Shown here: one piece after another, positions 9,801-18,380 of the stretch
Layout: each line of letters starts with the position of its first letter
Position numbering within the stretch: position 1 is the first letter of the stretch
The notes under the pieces: generated by a model
Database searches by the model: none
Seen by the model: the letters and a program-made list of their open reading frames with translations, nothing else
What the model was told of the DNA's origin: nothing
Source: Myxococcota bacterium
GTDB lineage: Bacteria > Myxococcota_C > UBA6777
Direction: 5' to 3'
DNA length: 42,330 nucleotides
Assembly (NCBI GenBank): GCA_023150835.1
Contig: JAKLKB010000084.1
Span: 1-42,330, forward strand
Translations under genes and position numbers: made by a program

Positions 9801-10524
9801 CAGAAGCAAGACCACGCGCATCCGTGACCACCAAACTCACGATGTACTCGCCTTCTTTGTCAGGCGTCAATTCAGGTTGTGCGGTGTCCGCTTTATCGAG
9901 CTTGGGGTTGCTGCCATCGGGCTGTTTGGTGATCTTCCAAGAAAAAGTCAGGCCCGAAGCCTCTCCGTCAGGATCTTTGCTATTGCGACCATCGAGGACG
10001 GTCTTGAGGCTGGGGGCGGTTTTTTGATCAGGCCCTGCATCGGCGATCGGCGCATCGTTGGGGGCCTCTTTGACTTCGATCGCAAGGGGGGCTGCAAGCT
10101 GTGAGCGCGCTTTTCCGTCGCCGACCTCAAGGTTGACTTTGTACGTTCCAGCGATATCAGGCACAAAGCCTGTGCGGTTTTGTGTTGTGGTATCCAGTTT
10201 GGCTTTGCTTCCTGCGGGAGCTTCGAGTGTCCAGATGTAATCAAGCGCATCGTTGTCATCATCGCGGCTGCGAGAAGCATCAAGAAAGACTTTTTCGCCT
10301 GTTTGTGGGGAGGACGGGTTGAAACTGGCGATGGCTTGGGGCGGTTTGTTGGCAGGGATCGAGCGACAGATCCGACCGATGCAACGAAGCCCTTCTTTGC
10401 AGTCTTCGCCGACCTGACAGGAGTCTCCAAGTCCCCCTTTGGAAGGTTCGGGAGTGCAGGCTGGATAGGTTCCTGCAAACAGCAGGAACAACAAGATATA
10501 CAAAAAGATGCGATGGTGTCTCAT
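6829..10524 (-). CDS. Large exported or lipoprotein with Cys-rich termini, 2 PKD-like domains and ~10 IPT/TIG repeats
   Basis: GGAGG RBS before ATG 10524; signal ending YPAC; CxxxxDCxxGLxCxGxxC motif; PKD-like LDASRSRDDDND..YIW and ADAGPDQ..LDG.NS.DPDG..FSW; ten repeats starting P-x-[I/L/V]-x-x-[I/V/L]-x-P, several with I.G.GF and V.NP.G..S. Confidence 0.85.
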   Translation of the reverse strand: MRHHRIFLYILLFLLFAGTYPACTPEPSKGGLGDSCQVGEDCKEGLRCIGRICRSIPANKPPQAIASFNPSSPQTGEKVFLDASRSRDDDNDALDYIWTLEAPAGSKAKLDTTTQNRTGFVPDIAGTYKVNLEVGDGKARSQLAAPLAIEVKEAPNDAPIADAGPDQKTAPSLKTVLDGRNSKDPDGEASGLTFSWKITKQPDGSNPKLDKADTAQPELTPDKEGEYIVSLVVTDARGLASAPDTLTITAILGFDKEPTLASVSPTEASTESAVDLVLKGTGFVAGARLDFGNRRLETRYVSDTELKIKLDLRGVGAGSYDMSVININNKRSNALQFKVNDIPLPEITSITPDRAGEGQKLEIQIAGKGFIQDSQILFETTPLATTYISSTQIKAPLDLQGIFKGTYKLYVLNPGGRRSASVNFDVLVLGPPPQISLLNPPFATAGTKLPFSVHGTGFEVGVKLFFNGKEIPSVRPRRDEVQADPELDLTNVAAGAYDVWVKNPSGQESNKFKFNVEDTDPAPILDRVIPFNIYIGEENKVNVNGQRFRTGLKFFIDNKEITKISGISPFFFVAELNPKDYNFTPGNYNAHVQSSTGKKSNNFTVTVTYRAPQVTALTPDGWNTKCDTDVVVYGRNFVATSELMFGNTSYTTTSTTNKLTFVSAQELRISVKGSNLVAGSYQVKVINGPGAESAPQEFAVQANSETSTRSIDSIAPSAAPADTIAEIELDYSSGSEGLWRPGAIVEMNGVPQSTTCSRYSSSTNCSTLSVRLNLNGIAPGKVSLAVVNPCGAKSSTSTFAVLEPPHPYVSSVSPPYAKVGDKAKIVINGANFSSKHKLLWNGTAVDTNFVSDKQIETKLPVDFTGATPGEIKFVVDNQNSKKTNEIRYSILAASATLTIDAFDPNNFQRGQSYGPIKANGKGFTTNTEMLFQNQVVASTFSNALLIEVTKIDANSLATGNYYFQAREGTTTSNLFMIFVKPVPPPIVDYISPTSVVLGSKTSVDIYFSGERMCDIGTGYYCLKDPVIKIIDPKGKDVTSAWQWESYIDDEYADGILSLNGLEAGDYIMTIANPTGEESNPVIFTIKPPPAPTATSVSPPIVYRGVAFQQVNITGTNLLATDIVIFNNNLLNPIPGTTPKTSTFSFTLNLSNIKYAGQYPLYVLRCKDPSCNVTEKSAEVKLNVQNPDCSKPCASGESCDTNACRPTCTQTSQCSALPDAPSNVACTAGFCK

Positions 10525-10795
10525 CAAAAAAACCTCCAACGGCGGTGGGCTCTTGCGGCACGCCCTTTTGAGATGAAGGGGCCGAAATCATGGACTTTAA
10601 CGAGTTTGCGTTTGCATTGCAACGGCCACGATCTGTTTCGGGCTGGAGATTTTTTATCGCGGGTTTTAGATCGCATCAACCAGAGCGGCGTAGAAAAGCA
10701 AGTCACGCAGAAACACCCCGCGCCAACACGCGCAGGCGCACGATCTCGATCAGTGCTTTTCTGCGCTTTTTTATTCAACGCAAGGAGGATCTCAG

Positions 10796-13105
10796 ATGAA
10801 GCTCCGTCTCGTTTCCCATGTGAGGCGTGTGGCCTGTTGGCTTGGCTTGGCCTTGTTGTGCGGTGTTCCTCAACACGCCTACGCCCAAGGCTTTTTGATC
10901 CCAACCCAACAAGCGATCGCACCGTTGTCCCTTAAATCGCACCGCGTGATGGTCAAGATCCAAGGCCGTGCCGCAAAAACAGACGTCACACAGGTCTTTG
11001 TCAACCACACCGATCAGCTTTTGGAAGCGACCTTTTTGTTCCCACTGCCCAAAGATGCGACCTTTTCCAACTTTGTGCTGTACATCAACGGCAAGCCCAC
11101 CCAAGGAACGGTATTGGTCAAAGAAAAAGCCCACGCGATCTATTCGTCGATTGTTCGGACGATGCAAGATCCCGGATTGATCGATTATTTGGGCGGGAAC
11201 CTTTTTCGCGCACGTGTATTCCCTATCCCCCGACGCGGCGAGCAAAAGATCCGCATCTCCTTTACACAGATCATCCCGTATGAAGGCGGTTTGCACCGTT
11301 TTGTGTACCCGCTCAAAACCCCTCGTCGTGTTTGGCGCACCGATCAGGATTTTACGATGGCCGTCCAATTGCACAGCAGCGCGCCGATCAAAAACATCTA
11401 TTCCCCAACGCACAAAGTCTCCATCCGCCGCAAAACCGATCGTCACGCGATCGTCGGATTCGAAGAAGACAAAGTTGCGCTAGATCGGGACTTTGTGATG
11501 TACTACTCGGTCTCCCCCAAAGATGTCGGGATCGATGTTCTTGTGCATCGAACGGGCGAACAAGACGGCTATTTCTTGTTGATGGCCACCCCGAAGACCA
11601 CGTTTGCCGCCAAAGAACTCAGCGGCAAAAACATCACCTTTGTTCTCGATACATCGGGTTCGATGCGTGGTGAAAAGATGAAATGGGCCAAAGTCGCCTT
11701 GGTGCGCTGCTTGAAAAAGTTAAATCCCAAAGATCACTTTAACGTCGTGCGCTTTTCGACGGATGTCGAAGGCTTGTTTGGTGAGTTGCAGATCGCAAGC
11801 GAAGCCCATATCCAACAAGCCGTCAGCTTTGTAGAAAAAATGGAAGCCGCAGGCGCGACCGCCATCGAAGAAGCGATGGCAAAAGCCTTGGAGCAAAAGC
11901 CCCGTGGAGACGGGATTAGCTTGATCGTCTTCATCACAGACGGCCATCCCACCGTCGGCGAAACCTCCCCTGAGATCTTGGTCAAACAAGCCAACGAGCG
12001 CAACAAATGGAAGTCACGCATCTTCACCTTCGGTATCGGTACCGACATCAACATCAAATTGCTCGATCAGATCGCACAAAGTAGCGGAGCCACGGGCGAT
12101 TATGTTGAACCCAACAAAGAGATCGCCACACGCATCGACACCTTTTATGACAAAGTACGCTACCCTGTGTTGAGCGATATCCAATTAACCACCAGCGGAG
12201 CCGTACGTTTGCGCGAGATCTATCCGCTGCGTTTGCCTGATCTCTTCCGTGGTGGGCAGCTTTTGGTGATGGGCCGTTATCGTGGAACGGGACACGCCGC
12301 GATCAAGCTGGCAGGAAAAGTCAACGGTGCGGCCCGTCAATTCGTGTACGAAGCAGCCTTTGCGAAAGAAAGCAAAGAAAACGATTTCATCTCGCGCTTG
12401 TGGGCGCATCGCAAAGTCGCTTATCTGCTCGATGCGATCCGCATGAAAGGTGAACTTCCCGAACTCAAACAAGAAGTCATCCATCTCGCCAAGCAATTCG
12501 GCATCGTCACTCCCTATACCTCTTATCTCGTCGTCGAAGAAAAAGACCGATGGCGACTCGGTGAGGATGCACAGCCCCAAGCCACGGGTACGCCCTCTCC
12601 CACCACGCCCTCGATCGCAACGCCAAAAACCGCTTGGAATCAACGCTCTCGAAGAGGATGGGGAGGCCGAGGTGCTGCAAGCGACGCAGAGCGCGGACCC
12701 AGCGGAGGAGCCCCCGCCCGCGAACCTGCCGCAGCACCGATGAAAAGCGAATCGCTCGCCAAGACCGATGGGGACGAAGCCGTCCGTGTCAGCCGCCAAC
12801 TGCGAAAGATGAAAGAAAGCAAAGTCGCTCAAAAAGGCGGTAGCGTCCGGCTGATCCAAGGCGTTCGCTTTGTTTGGCAAAGCCATCAATGGGTCGATGC
12901 CCGCTACAAGAGCGAGATGAAGACGCTCAAGATCAAGTATCTCAGCGATCTATACTTCCAAGTCTTGGCCCTCCGACCTGATCTGCGCCGCGCTTTCACC
13001 TTGGGCGCACGCCTTGTAGTGGTCGTCGGTAAAAATCGCGCCCTTGTGATCGGCACCGAAGAAGACGCCTCCACCCCCACACTTCGCAGCTTTTTGCGCA
13101 AGTGA
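10796..13105 (+). CDS. Secreted VIT + vWA domain protein (inter-alpha-trypsin inhibitor-like)
   Basis: AGGAGG RBS; signal peptide ending AYA; VIT-type TQVFVN..LEATFLFPLP; MIDAS DTSGS, FITDG, FTFGIG; IVTPYTSYLVVE. Confidence 0.9.
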   Translation: MKLRLVSHVRRVACWLGLALLCGVPQHAYAQGFLIPTQQAIAPLSLKSHRVMVKIQGRAAKTDVTQVFVNHTDQLLEATFLFPLPKDATFSNFVLYINGKPTQGTVLVKEKAHAIYSSIVRTMQDPGLIDYLGGNLFRARVFPIPRRGEQKIRISFTQIIPYEGGLHRFVYPLKTPRRVWRTDQDFTMAVQLHSSAPIKNIYSPTHKVSIRRKTDRHAIVGFEEDKVALDRDFVMYYSVSPKDVGIDVLVHRTGEQDGYFLLMATPKTTFAAKELSGKNITFVLDTSGSMRGEKMKWAKVALVRCLKKLNPKDHFNVVRFSTDVEGLFGELQIASEAHIQQAVSFVEKMEAAGATAIEEAMAKALEQKPRGDGISLIVFITDGHPTVGETSPEILVKQANERNKWKSRIFTFGIGTDINIKLLDQIAQSSGATGDYVEPNKEIATRIDTFYDKVRYPVLSDIQLTTSGAVRLREIYPLRLPDLFRGGQLLVMGRYRGTGHAAIKLAGKVNGAARQFVYEAAFAKESKENDFISRLWAHRKVAYLLDAIRMKGELPELKQEVIHLAKQFGIVTPYTSYLVVEEKDRWRLGEDAQPQATGTPSPTTPSIATPKTAWNQRSRRGWGGRGAASDAERGPSGGAPAREPAAAPMKSESLAKTDGDEAVRVSRQLRKMKESKVAQKGGSVRLIQGVRFVWQSHQWVDARYKSEMKTLKIKYLSDLYFQVLALRPDLRRAFTLGARLVVVVGKNRALVIGTEEDASTPTLRSFLRK

Positions 13106-13177
13106 TACGAAATCCGAGAGATGTATACACAAAGGGGAGTATGTAGACGCCCGACTGTTGGGCAGCTACAGGGGGCA
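13106..13177. mobile_element. Family A MITE copy 2, truncated at the GGGGGC palindrome
   Basis: TACGAAATCCG starts immediately after the TGA stop; colinear with copy 34876-34988 up to CAGGGGGC, then similarity stops. Confidence 0.7.
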
Positions 13178-13191
13178 TTTGATCCAACGAA

Positions 13192-13508
13192 TACGATATC
13201 CGAGTGATCTGTGATCGAAGGAGAGCGCGAAGACGCCCGATTGTTGGGCAGTCACAGGGGGCTGCCCCCATAGGCGTTAGGTTAAGCGCTTGTTGGCCCC
13301 CCACCCCAGCCCTCCCCCGTGAACAGGGGAGGGAGCGAAAGTCGGAAGCAGCGGGGATGTTGTTTTTTCGTGACGCACGCTGTATGCACGAGACGCAGAC
13401 GCTACCCAAAACGGCGATCATCCTCGACCCTCCGGTGTTTCCACCTTAACAAGGCGCGTATGGGGGCTGCCCCTATGTTTTGCGATCACACACCCTGCGG
13501 ATTTCGTA
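13192..13508. mobile_element. Family A MITE copy 3, interrupted by a family B MITE
   Basis: Removing 13269-13462 and one GGGGCTGCCCC copy leaves a 112-bp element colinear with 36963-37074. Confidence 0.88.
13269..13462. mobile_element. Family B MITE (194 bp) with IS231-group/IS4-family-like ends and 11-bp target duplication
   Basis: Ends CATAGGCGTTAGGTTAAG and CTTAACAAGGCGCGTATG; flanked by direct repeats GGGGCTGCCCC (13258-13268, 13463-13473); body highly similar to 42101-42330. Confidence 0.85.
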
Positions 13509-13566
13509 GGATACCTTCCCCCCTGCCCCGCTGCTCCTGAGAGGCAACGCAGCAAAAGCTCCTTGC

Positions 13567-13851
13567 TCAGCCCCCCAAAAACATCCCACCACCCGCCATC
13601 AAACCACCCACCAACATCAAGATCCAAGCGATCGAGTCATCCATTCCCCCGATCAGCGGGATCCAATCGGGGATCAAGTCCCACGAACCCAACATCTTGT
13701 ACAACACACCAAGCAGAAGCAACGAGCCACCCGTCATCACAAGAATGCCCTTGACGCCCAGTTTCAAGTTCGTGATGCCCCAATACCACAAGACAGGGAT
13801 GGCGATCATCAACGCAATGATCACAGTAAAACGAAAGAGTTTTTGTAGCAT
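13567..13851 (-). CDS. Small membrane protein, YkvA/DUF1232-like
   Basis: Three hydrophobic segments and the DLIPDWIPLIGGMDD signature; AGGAG RBS upstream. Confidence 0.8.
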   Translation of the reverse strand: MLQKLFRFTVIIALMIAIPVLWYWGITNLKLGVKGILVMTGGSLLLLGVLYKMLGSWDLIPDWIPLIGGMDDSIAWILMLVGGLMAGGGMFLGG

Positions 13852-14036
13852 ACTCTGTTCTCCTTGTTGTCAATGCCCACCTGATTCATCGAATCGACGG
13901 GCATCTTGGATTGATCTTCCGAAACGCGCCGAAACAAGATAACGCGCCTTCATGCAAATGTCGATGCAGCGCAATTGATCAAAATGAAGGTTGACGCGGT
14001 GGGTTTTGGAAGGGGCTTGGGAGGCCCGAGTGGGGG

Positions 14037-14606
14037 TTATTTGGAAGGCTTGACTGTGGGGGTTGGGGCTTTTTGAAGCGTGACAAAGTGAGCGGTAAAA
14101 GCGACGACTTTTTGAGGTTTGTACACTTTGCGGATCGCGCTCTTGTCACCGCTTTCTTCTGCGTAGTGCTTGACGATCTTGGCGGGGAGGATCGCTTCAC
14201 GCGCCGAACCGACGACGGTAGCGAGATACCCTTTGCAGTTGGTGGGGATAAAAAACTTGTAGCCCTTGAAGCGGATACGCATCATGTTTTCGCCTTCTTG
14301 CAACATCATCCAACAACCTTTGCGCTGGCAAACATCGCGGATCTTTGCGGTCACAGCGACAAGACGACCTGCGTATTTTTTGGGATCTTTGTTCAAAACG
14401 GTCAGGCTGACGGTTTCTGTAGAGACTTTCACGGGAGTCCCGTAGGTTCCAGAGCAATCTTGGCGCGGCGACCAAGGATACACGACCTTACCGCCTTGTT
14501 TGGCGACAGGTTTGGTCTTGCCATGATCGTGGCCGTCGTGTGCTTGGGCGTTTGAGAAGCCACCGACAAAAACGAAAAACAAAAACATCATCGTACGCAA
14601 AGACAT
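14037..14606 (-). CDS. Exported DUF4920-like protein with His-rich N-terminus
   Basis: AGGAG RBS before ATG 14606; signal ending AQA then HDGHDHG; VCQRKGCWM and IRFKGYKFFIP motifs. Confidence 0.8.
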   Translation of the reverse strand: MSLRTMMFLFFVFVGGFSNAQAHDGHDHGKTKPVAKQGGKVVYPWSPRQDCSGTYGTPVKVSTETVSLTVLNKDPKKYAGRLVAVTAKIRDVCQRKGCWMMLQEGENMMRIRFKGYKFFIPTNCKGYLATVVGSAREAILPAKIVKHYAEESGDKSAIRKVYKPQKVVAFTAHFVTLQKAPTPTVKPSK

Positions 14607-14813
14607 GAAAAGACGCTCCTTTTTGTGTGGATAACACGTTTCCGAAGTGCGGCGGCGGTACATTAGATGCAGAACCCAGATTCCGCAAGTCGATCCAAAC
14701 GCCAAACTCGCCAAACCATCCATCCCATCGGAGGATCGAACTTCAACCCAACACCAGCGAAAATCTAACGATGAAAGAAAGCCGAGGCAGCGCCAACCTC
14801 GAAGCGCGATCGA

Positions 14814-17800
14814 TCAAGAGGCCGAAGAATCGGAGGATTGCACAGGTATCACGATCTCAGGGTGTGGGGCTTTTTTCGTAACCAGCCGAGCGGCGAGTCC
14901 CATCCAATGAAGCCGAAGATCATCAAAGAACGTGTAGAACAGAGGAACCACGAACAACGACAAGATCACAGAGGCCGTCAATCCGCCCATCACCGAGATC
15001 CCAAGCGCAGCGTACGAGATACCGATGGCTGCCGTTTGGCCCATCGCCATCGGGATCAAGCCACAGATCGTTGTGAGCGCGGTCATCAAGATCGGGCGCA
15101 AACGCTGCGTCGAAGCATCAAGGATCGCTTGTAGACGAGGGACCCCTTCGGTCCGCAATTGATTGATGCGATCGATCATCACGATGGCATGGTTCACCAC
15201 GATACCGATCAGCATCACAAGGCCGATACCGCCCATCATATCAAGCGCAGTATCGGTCAAGTAGAGCAGCCAATACACCCCAAGAAACGCCAGCGGGATA
15301 CTCAACACAACGGAAAAAGGCAACAAAAAGGACTCAAACAAGATCCCCATCAACAGAAACACAAACGTGATACTCAAGAGCAATGCAAAGTTCCTCGAAG
15401 CATCGGCCTCTTGGAGATCGCGAAAGTCCATCCCTTTGGCCCAAGTGTACCCCGAAGGCAACGGAAAACGGCTCATGATCGTGTCGAGCTGCGCGTACAT
15501 CTGGGTCATGTTGTCGTTCTCGACGCTGATCTTGAGCTTGAGATAGGTCTTGCGATCCACATGACGGATCACCCGCGGCCCCACCGCATAACGCGAACTG
15601 ATCACCTGATTAAGCGGAACGGCGTTGTTGGTCGCACGCTGAATCAACGGAAGCTGCTGGAGTTTTTGAAAGGTATCGCGATCTTTTTCTTGGACTTGGA
15701 TCCGCACAGGTACATCTCTTCCGCCGATCTGCATATTGCGGAGTCTGCGACCGCTTAATGCGTAATACACGTTCCCACCGACTTGTTGGGCCGCAAACTG
15801 ATAACGAAAAGCCCACGATCGATCGATTTGAAGCTGGATTTCAGGCAGTTGATCGCGATCGATCTCTGCTTCGGCCTGCTTAAAGTCCGGGTAACGCTGG
15901 AGATGCTCTTCGAGCCGAAGGGCCAGATCTTCGAGGGTCTTGGAATCCGCACCGTAAAGATGAAGACTGATCGACGCTTCGGTACTCCCCACCGCTCGCC
16001 ATCCCACCCGCCTCGTGACACCGGGGGCCATCGGTAGCGACTGCCCCACGCTCTCGATCAACGTGCGCCGATTGATCTCTAGCTTGCGTTTGCCCGGTCG
16101 CAAAAACACGATCACTTCGGCATGTTGGCCGCGTCGGTTGAGTTTGGTTCCGACGTGGCTGACGCCCCACTCTTCTTTTTTGTCGTGCAACAATTTCTCT
16201 ACTCGCCGAAGATAGGCATCTTTGGCCGCAAAGGGATAACTTTGCGTGAACGTAAAGCGCAAGCCAAAAGAAGTCCGACCGGGTTGGCCTTGATACGTCT
16301 GTTTGAGCCGATTCATCGGATAAAAGATCGTCAAAAACAGCAAGACGCTCCACAACGCCGCATCGAAGCGGTGCAGCATCACCCATTCCAACACGTCGCG
16401 ATAATACAACGTCACGCGATCAAAAAGCGGCCAAGGCTTCGGAGGATGCTCGCCGAGCGTCTTGTACGCGCCGAGCGGGATCACCACCAAGGCCACCAGC
16501 AAGCTCGCAAGCAACGCAACCGACACAGGAAAACCGAGCTTTCCCATGTAAAAGCGAAACATCTTTGAGCCGCTCATCAAGATCAGCGGCAAAAACACGA
16601 CGATGGTGGTGGATGTCGCAAGCGAGATCGCCAAAGCCACCTCGCTTGCGCCTTCTTCGGCGGCTTGGGCTGGATCTCTCCCTTCCATCCGCAGGCGTGA
16701 GATATTTTCAACCACAACGATCGCGTTATCCACCACCATCCCCACGCTCAACATCAACCCCATCAGGCTCAACATATTGAGGCTTTCGCCAAACATGTAC
16801 ATACACGCAAGCGTCAACAGCAGCGAAAGCGGGATCGCCGTCAACACCAGCAACGTCATCTGCGTGTGTCGCAAAAAGATCCACAAGATGATCATCGCAA
16901 ACAGCGCTCCCCACAAAGCAGACTGCTGAAGCTGCCACAACGCATCTTCGATCATCGTCCCCTGATTCACGAAGATGTGTTGCGCGAACCCTTTCATCTC
17001 TGGCCGCTGAAAGGCCGAATCCAACAGCTTTTGGATGCGATTGCACAGATCAATGGTGTTCGCTTCCGACTCTTTGAACACAGAAAGAAAAACCCCTTCA
17101 CGCCCGTTGATCCGAAATATCTTTGGATCTGGATCTTGGCCGTAAGTGACTTTCGCCACCTCACCCAAGCGAATCCCCGAGGCCATCGGATAATCCCGCA
17201 ACGCTTCCACGCTATTGAGTCGATTGTCACTGCGCAAAAAGAAGCGGCGCTTTCCGTCGTTGATTTGTCCCGAAGGCATCGAAAAGTTGTCTTGACGCAG
17301 TACGTTGGTGATGCTCCAAACGCTCAAACGATGGCTGCGTGCGCGTTCACGATCCAAATCGATGCGGATCTCTGGTTGATCGAGTCCTTGGGTATCGAGG
17401 CGGCTCACCCCGGGAAGCCGCTGGATCTTTAGAAAGATCGACTGATCGAGGATGCGATAACTGTCTGCGTCGATCTTGTCTGCGGATATCCCAAACGACA
17501 GGATCGGCTGATCGTCAGGATTCCATTTCCAGATGAAGTAGCGCTCGACATCTTCGGGCAGTGTCGGCATCAAACGCTCCAAACGATCGCGCACTTGGTT
17601 GTAGATCGTTGTCATCGAAGCGTTGTCGTTGAACTTCATCCAAAAAGAGCCGTGGTCTCCGTTGGCCCACGAGCGCATCCGCCTCAGTCCTTCGAGCGTT
17701 GCAAACATCTCTTCCGCAGGCCGAACGATCTGATCCTCCACTTCTTTCGGGGTTGAGTTCGGGTAGACGATGCGTACATACAAATTGGGGGCTGTATAAC

Positions 17801-17930
17801 CCGAAGGAAAAAGCTGAACAGGAATATGCACATACGCGATCACCCCCAAAAGCACCATCGCGATCATCATCATCACGACCGTCACAGGCCGACGCAAACT
17901 AAAACGCGGCAAAAAAGAACCCGAAGCCAT
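14814..17930 (-). CDS. RND efflux permease (AcrB/MdtBC-like)
   Basis: 1038 aa; RRPV N-terminus, AIPLSLL, GMVVDNAIVVVENI, GIVVNHAIVMID, RLRPILMTALTT; twofold TM/periplasmic architecture. Confidence 0.95.
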   Translation of the reverse strand: MASGSFLPRFSLRRPVTVVMMMIAMVLLGVIAYVHIPVQLFPSGYTAPNLYVRIVYPNSTPKEVEDQIVRPAEEMFATLEGLRRMRSWANGDHGSFWMKFNDNASMTTIYNQVRDRLERLMPTLPEDVERYFIWKWNPDDQPILSFGISADKIDADSYRILDQSIFLKIQRLPGVSRLDTQGLDQPEIRIDLDRERARSHRLSVWSITNVLRQDNFSMPSGQINDGKRRFFLRSDNRLNSVEALRDYPMASGIRLGEVAKVTYGQDPDPKIFRINGREGVFLSVFKESEANTIDLCNRIQKLLDSAFQRPEMKGFAQHIFVNQGTMIEDALWQLQQSALWGALFAMIILWIFLRHTQMTLLVLTAIPLSLLLTLACMYMFGESLNMLSLMGLMLSVGMVVDNAIVVVENISRLRMEGRDPAQAAEEGASEVALAISLATSTTIVVFLPLILMSGSKMFRFYMGKLGFPVSVALLASLLVALVVIPLGAYKTLGEHPPKPWPLFDRVTLYYRDVLEWVMLHRFDAALWSVLLFLTIFYPMNRLKQTYQGQPGRTSFGLRFTFTQSYPFAAKDAYLRRVEKLLHDKKEEWGVSHVGTKLNRRGQHAEVIVFLRPGKRKLEINRRTLIESVGQSLPMAPGVTRRVGWRAVGSTEASISLHLYGADSKTLEDLALRLEEHLQRYPDFKQAEAEIDRDQLPEIQLQIDRSWAFRYQFAAQQVGGNVYYALSGRRLRNMQIGGRDVPVRIQVQEKDRDTFQKLQQLPLIQRATNNAVPLNQVISSRYAVGPRVIRHVDRKTYLKLKISVENDNMTQMYAQLDTIMSRFPLPSGYTWAKGMDFRDLQEADASRNFALLLSITFVFLLMGILFESFLLPFSVVLSIPLAFLGVYWLLYLTDTALDMMGGIGLVMLIGIVVNHAIVMIDRINQLRTEGVPRLQAILDASTQRLRPILMTALTTICGLIPMAMGQTAAIGISYAALGISVMGGLTASVILSLFVVPLFYTFFDDLRLHWMGLAARLVTKKAPHPEIVIPVQSSDSSAS

Positions 17931-18088
17931 CGAGGTATCCTTTGCATCAAGACAAACGCTTGTGTTGTGGTGTCGTACGTTGCGAGAAAAGCAACCTCAA
18001 GAAAACGCCCCATACCACCAAGCCGCTAGGTTCGTGCGCTTCGCATACCCCGTCAAGGCACCCCCCCCACGACATTGGATGGTTTTTT

Positions 18089-18137
18089 ATGGGGCTTTGC
18101 CCCAAACCCCACAAGGGAGCTTTGCCCCCTTGACCCC
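18089..18137. repeat. GC-rich double-hairpin intergenic element (GGGGCTTTGCCCC-AAACCCC-ACAAGGGAGCTTTGCCCCCTTGACCCC)
   Basis: Two adjacent palindromes in the 450-bp ftsZ-RND gap; only one copy in this window. Confidence 0.45.
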
Positions 18138-18380
18138 GTATTGGCGGAGCGAATTGTGGTTTTTCAAACAGGCCGCTGCTCCGCTTGAAGCGACGTGAAC
18201 CCGAGGTTTTCGGTCCACAGCACAGCCCTCTTTCTTGATGGTTAGAAGAGAAGGCCAGAAAGAAGAATTCTGAGAAGAGGGAATGTGTTGAAAGGAAGAG
18301 GGTGGAGGGAAGGCGATGGAGAAGAAAAGGAAGCAAGAAGAATGTTGGGGAGTGACACGAGATCGTGAGATCGGGAGATC

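Noticed and set aside
12996-13540. Short ORFs across the nested MITEs as a possible transposase
   Set aside because: Too short, no DDE or HUH motif; they are translations of the repeats.
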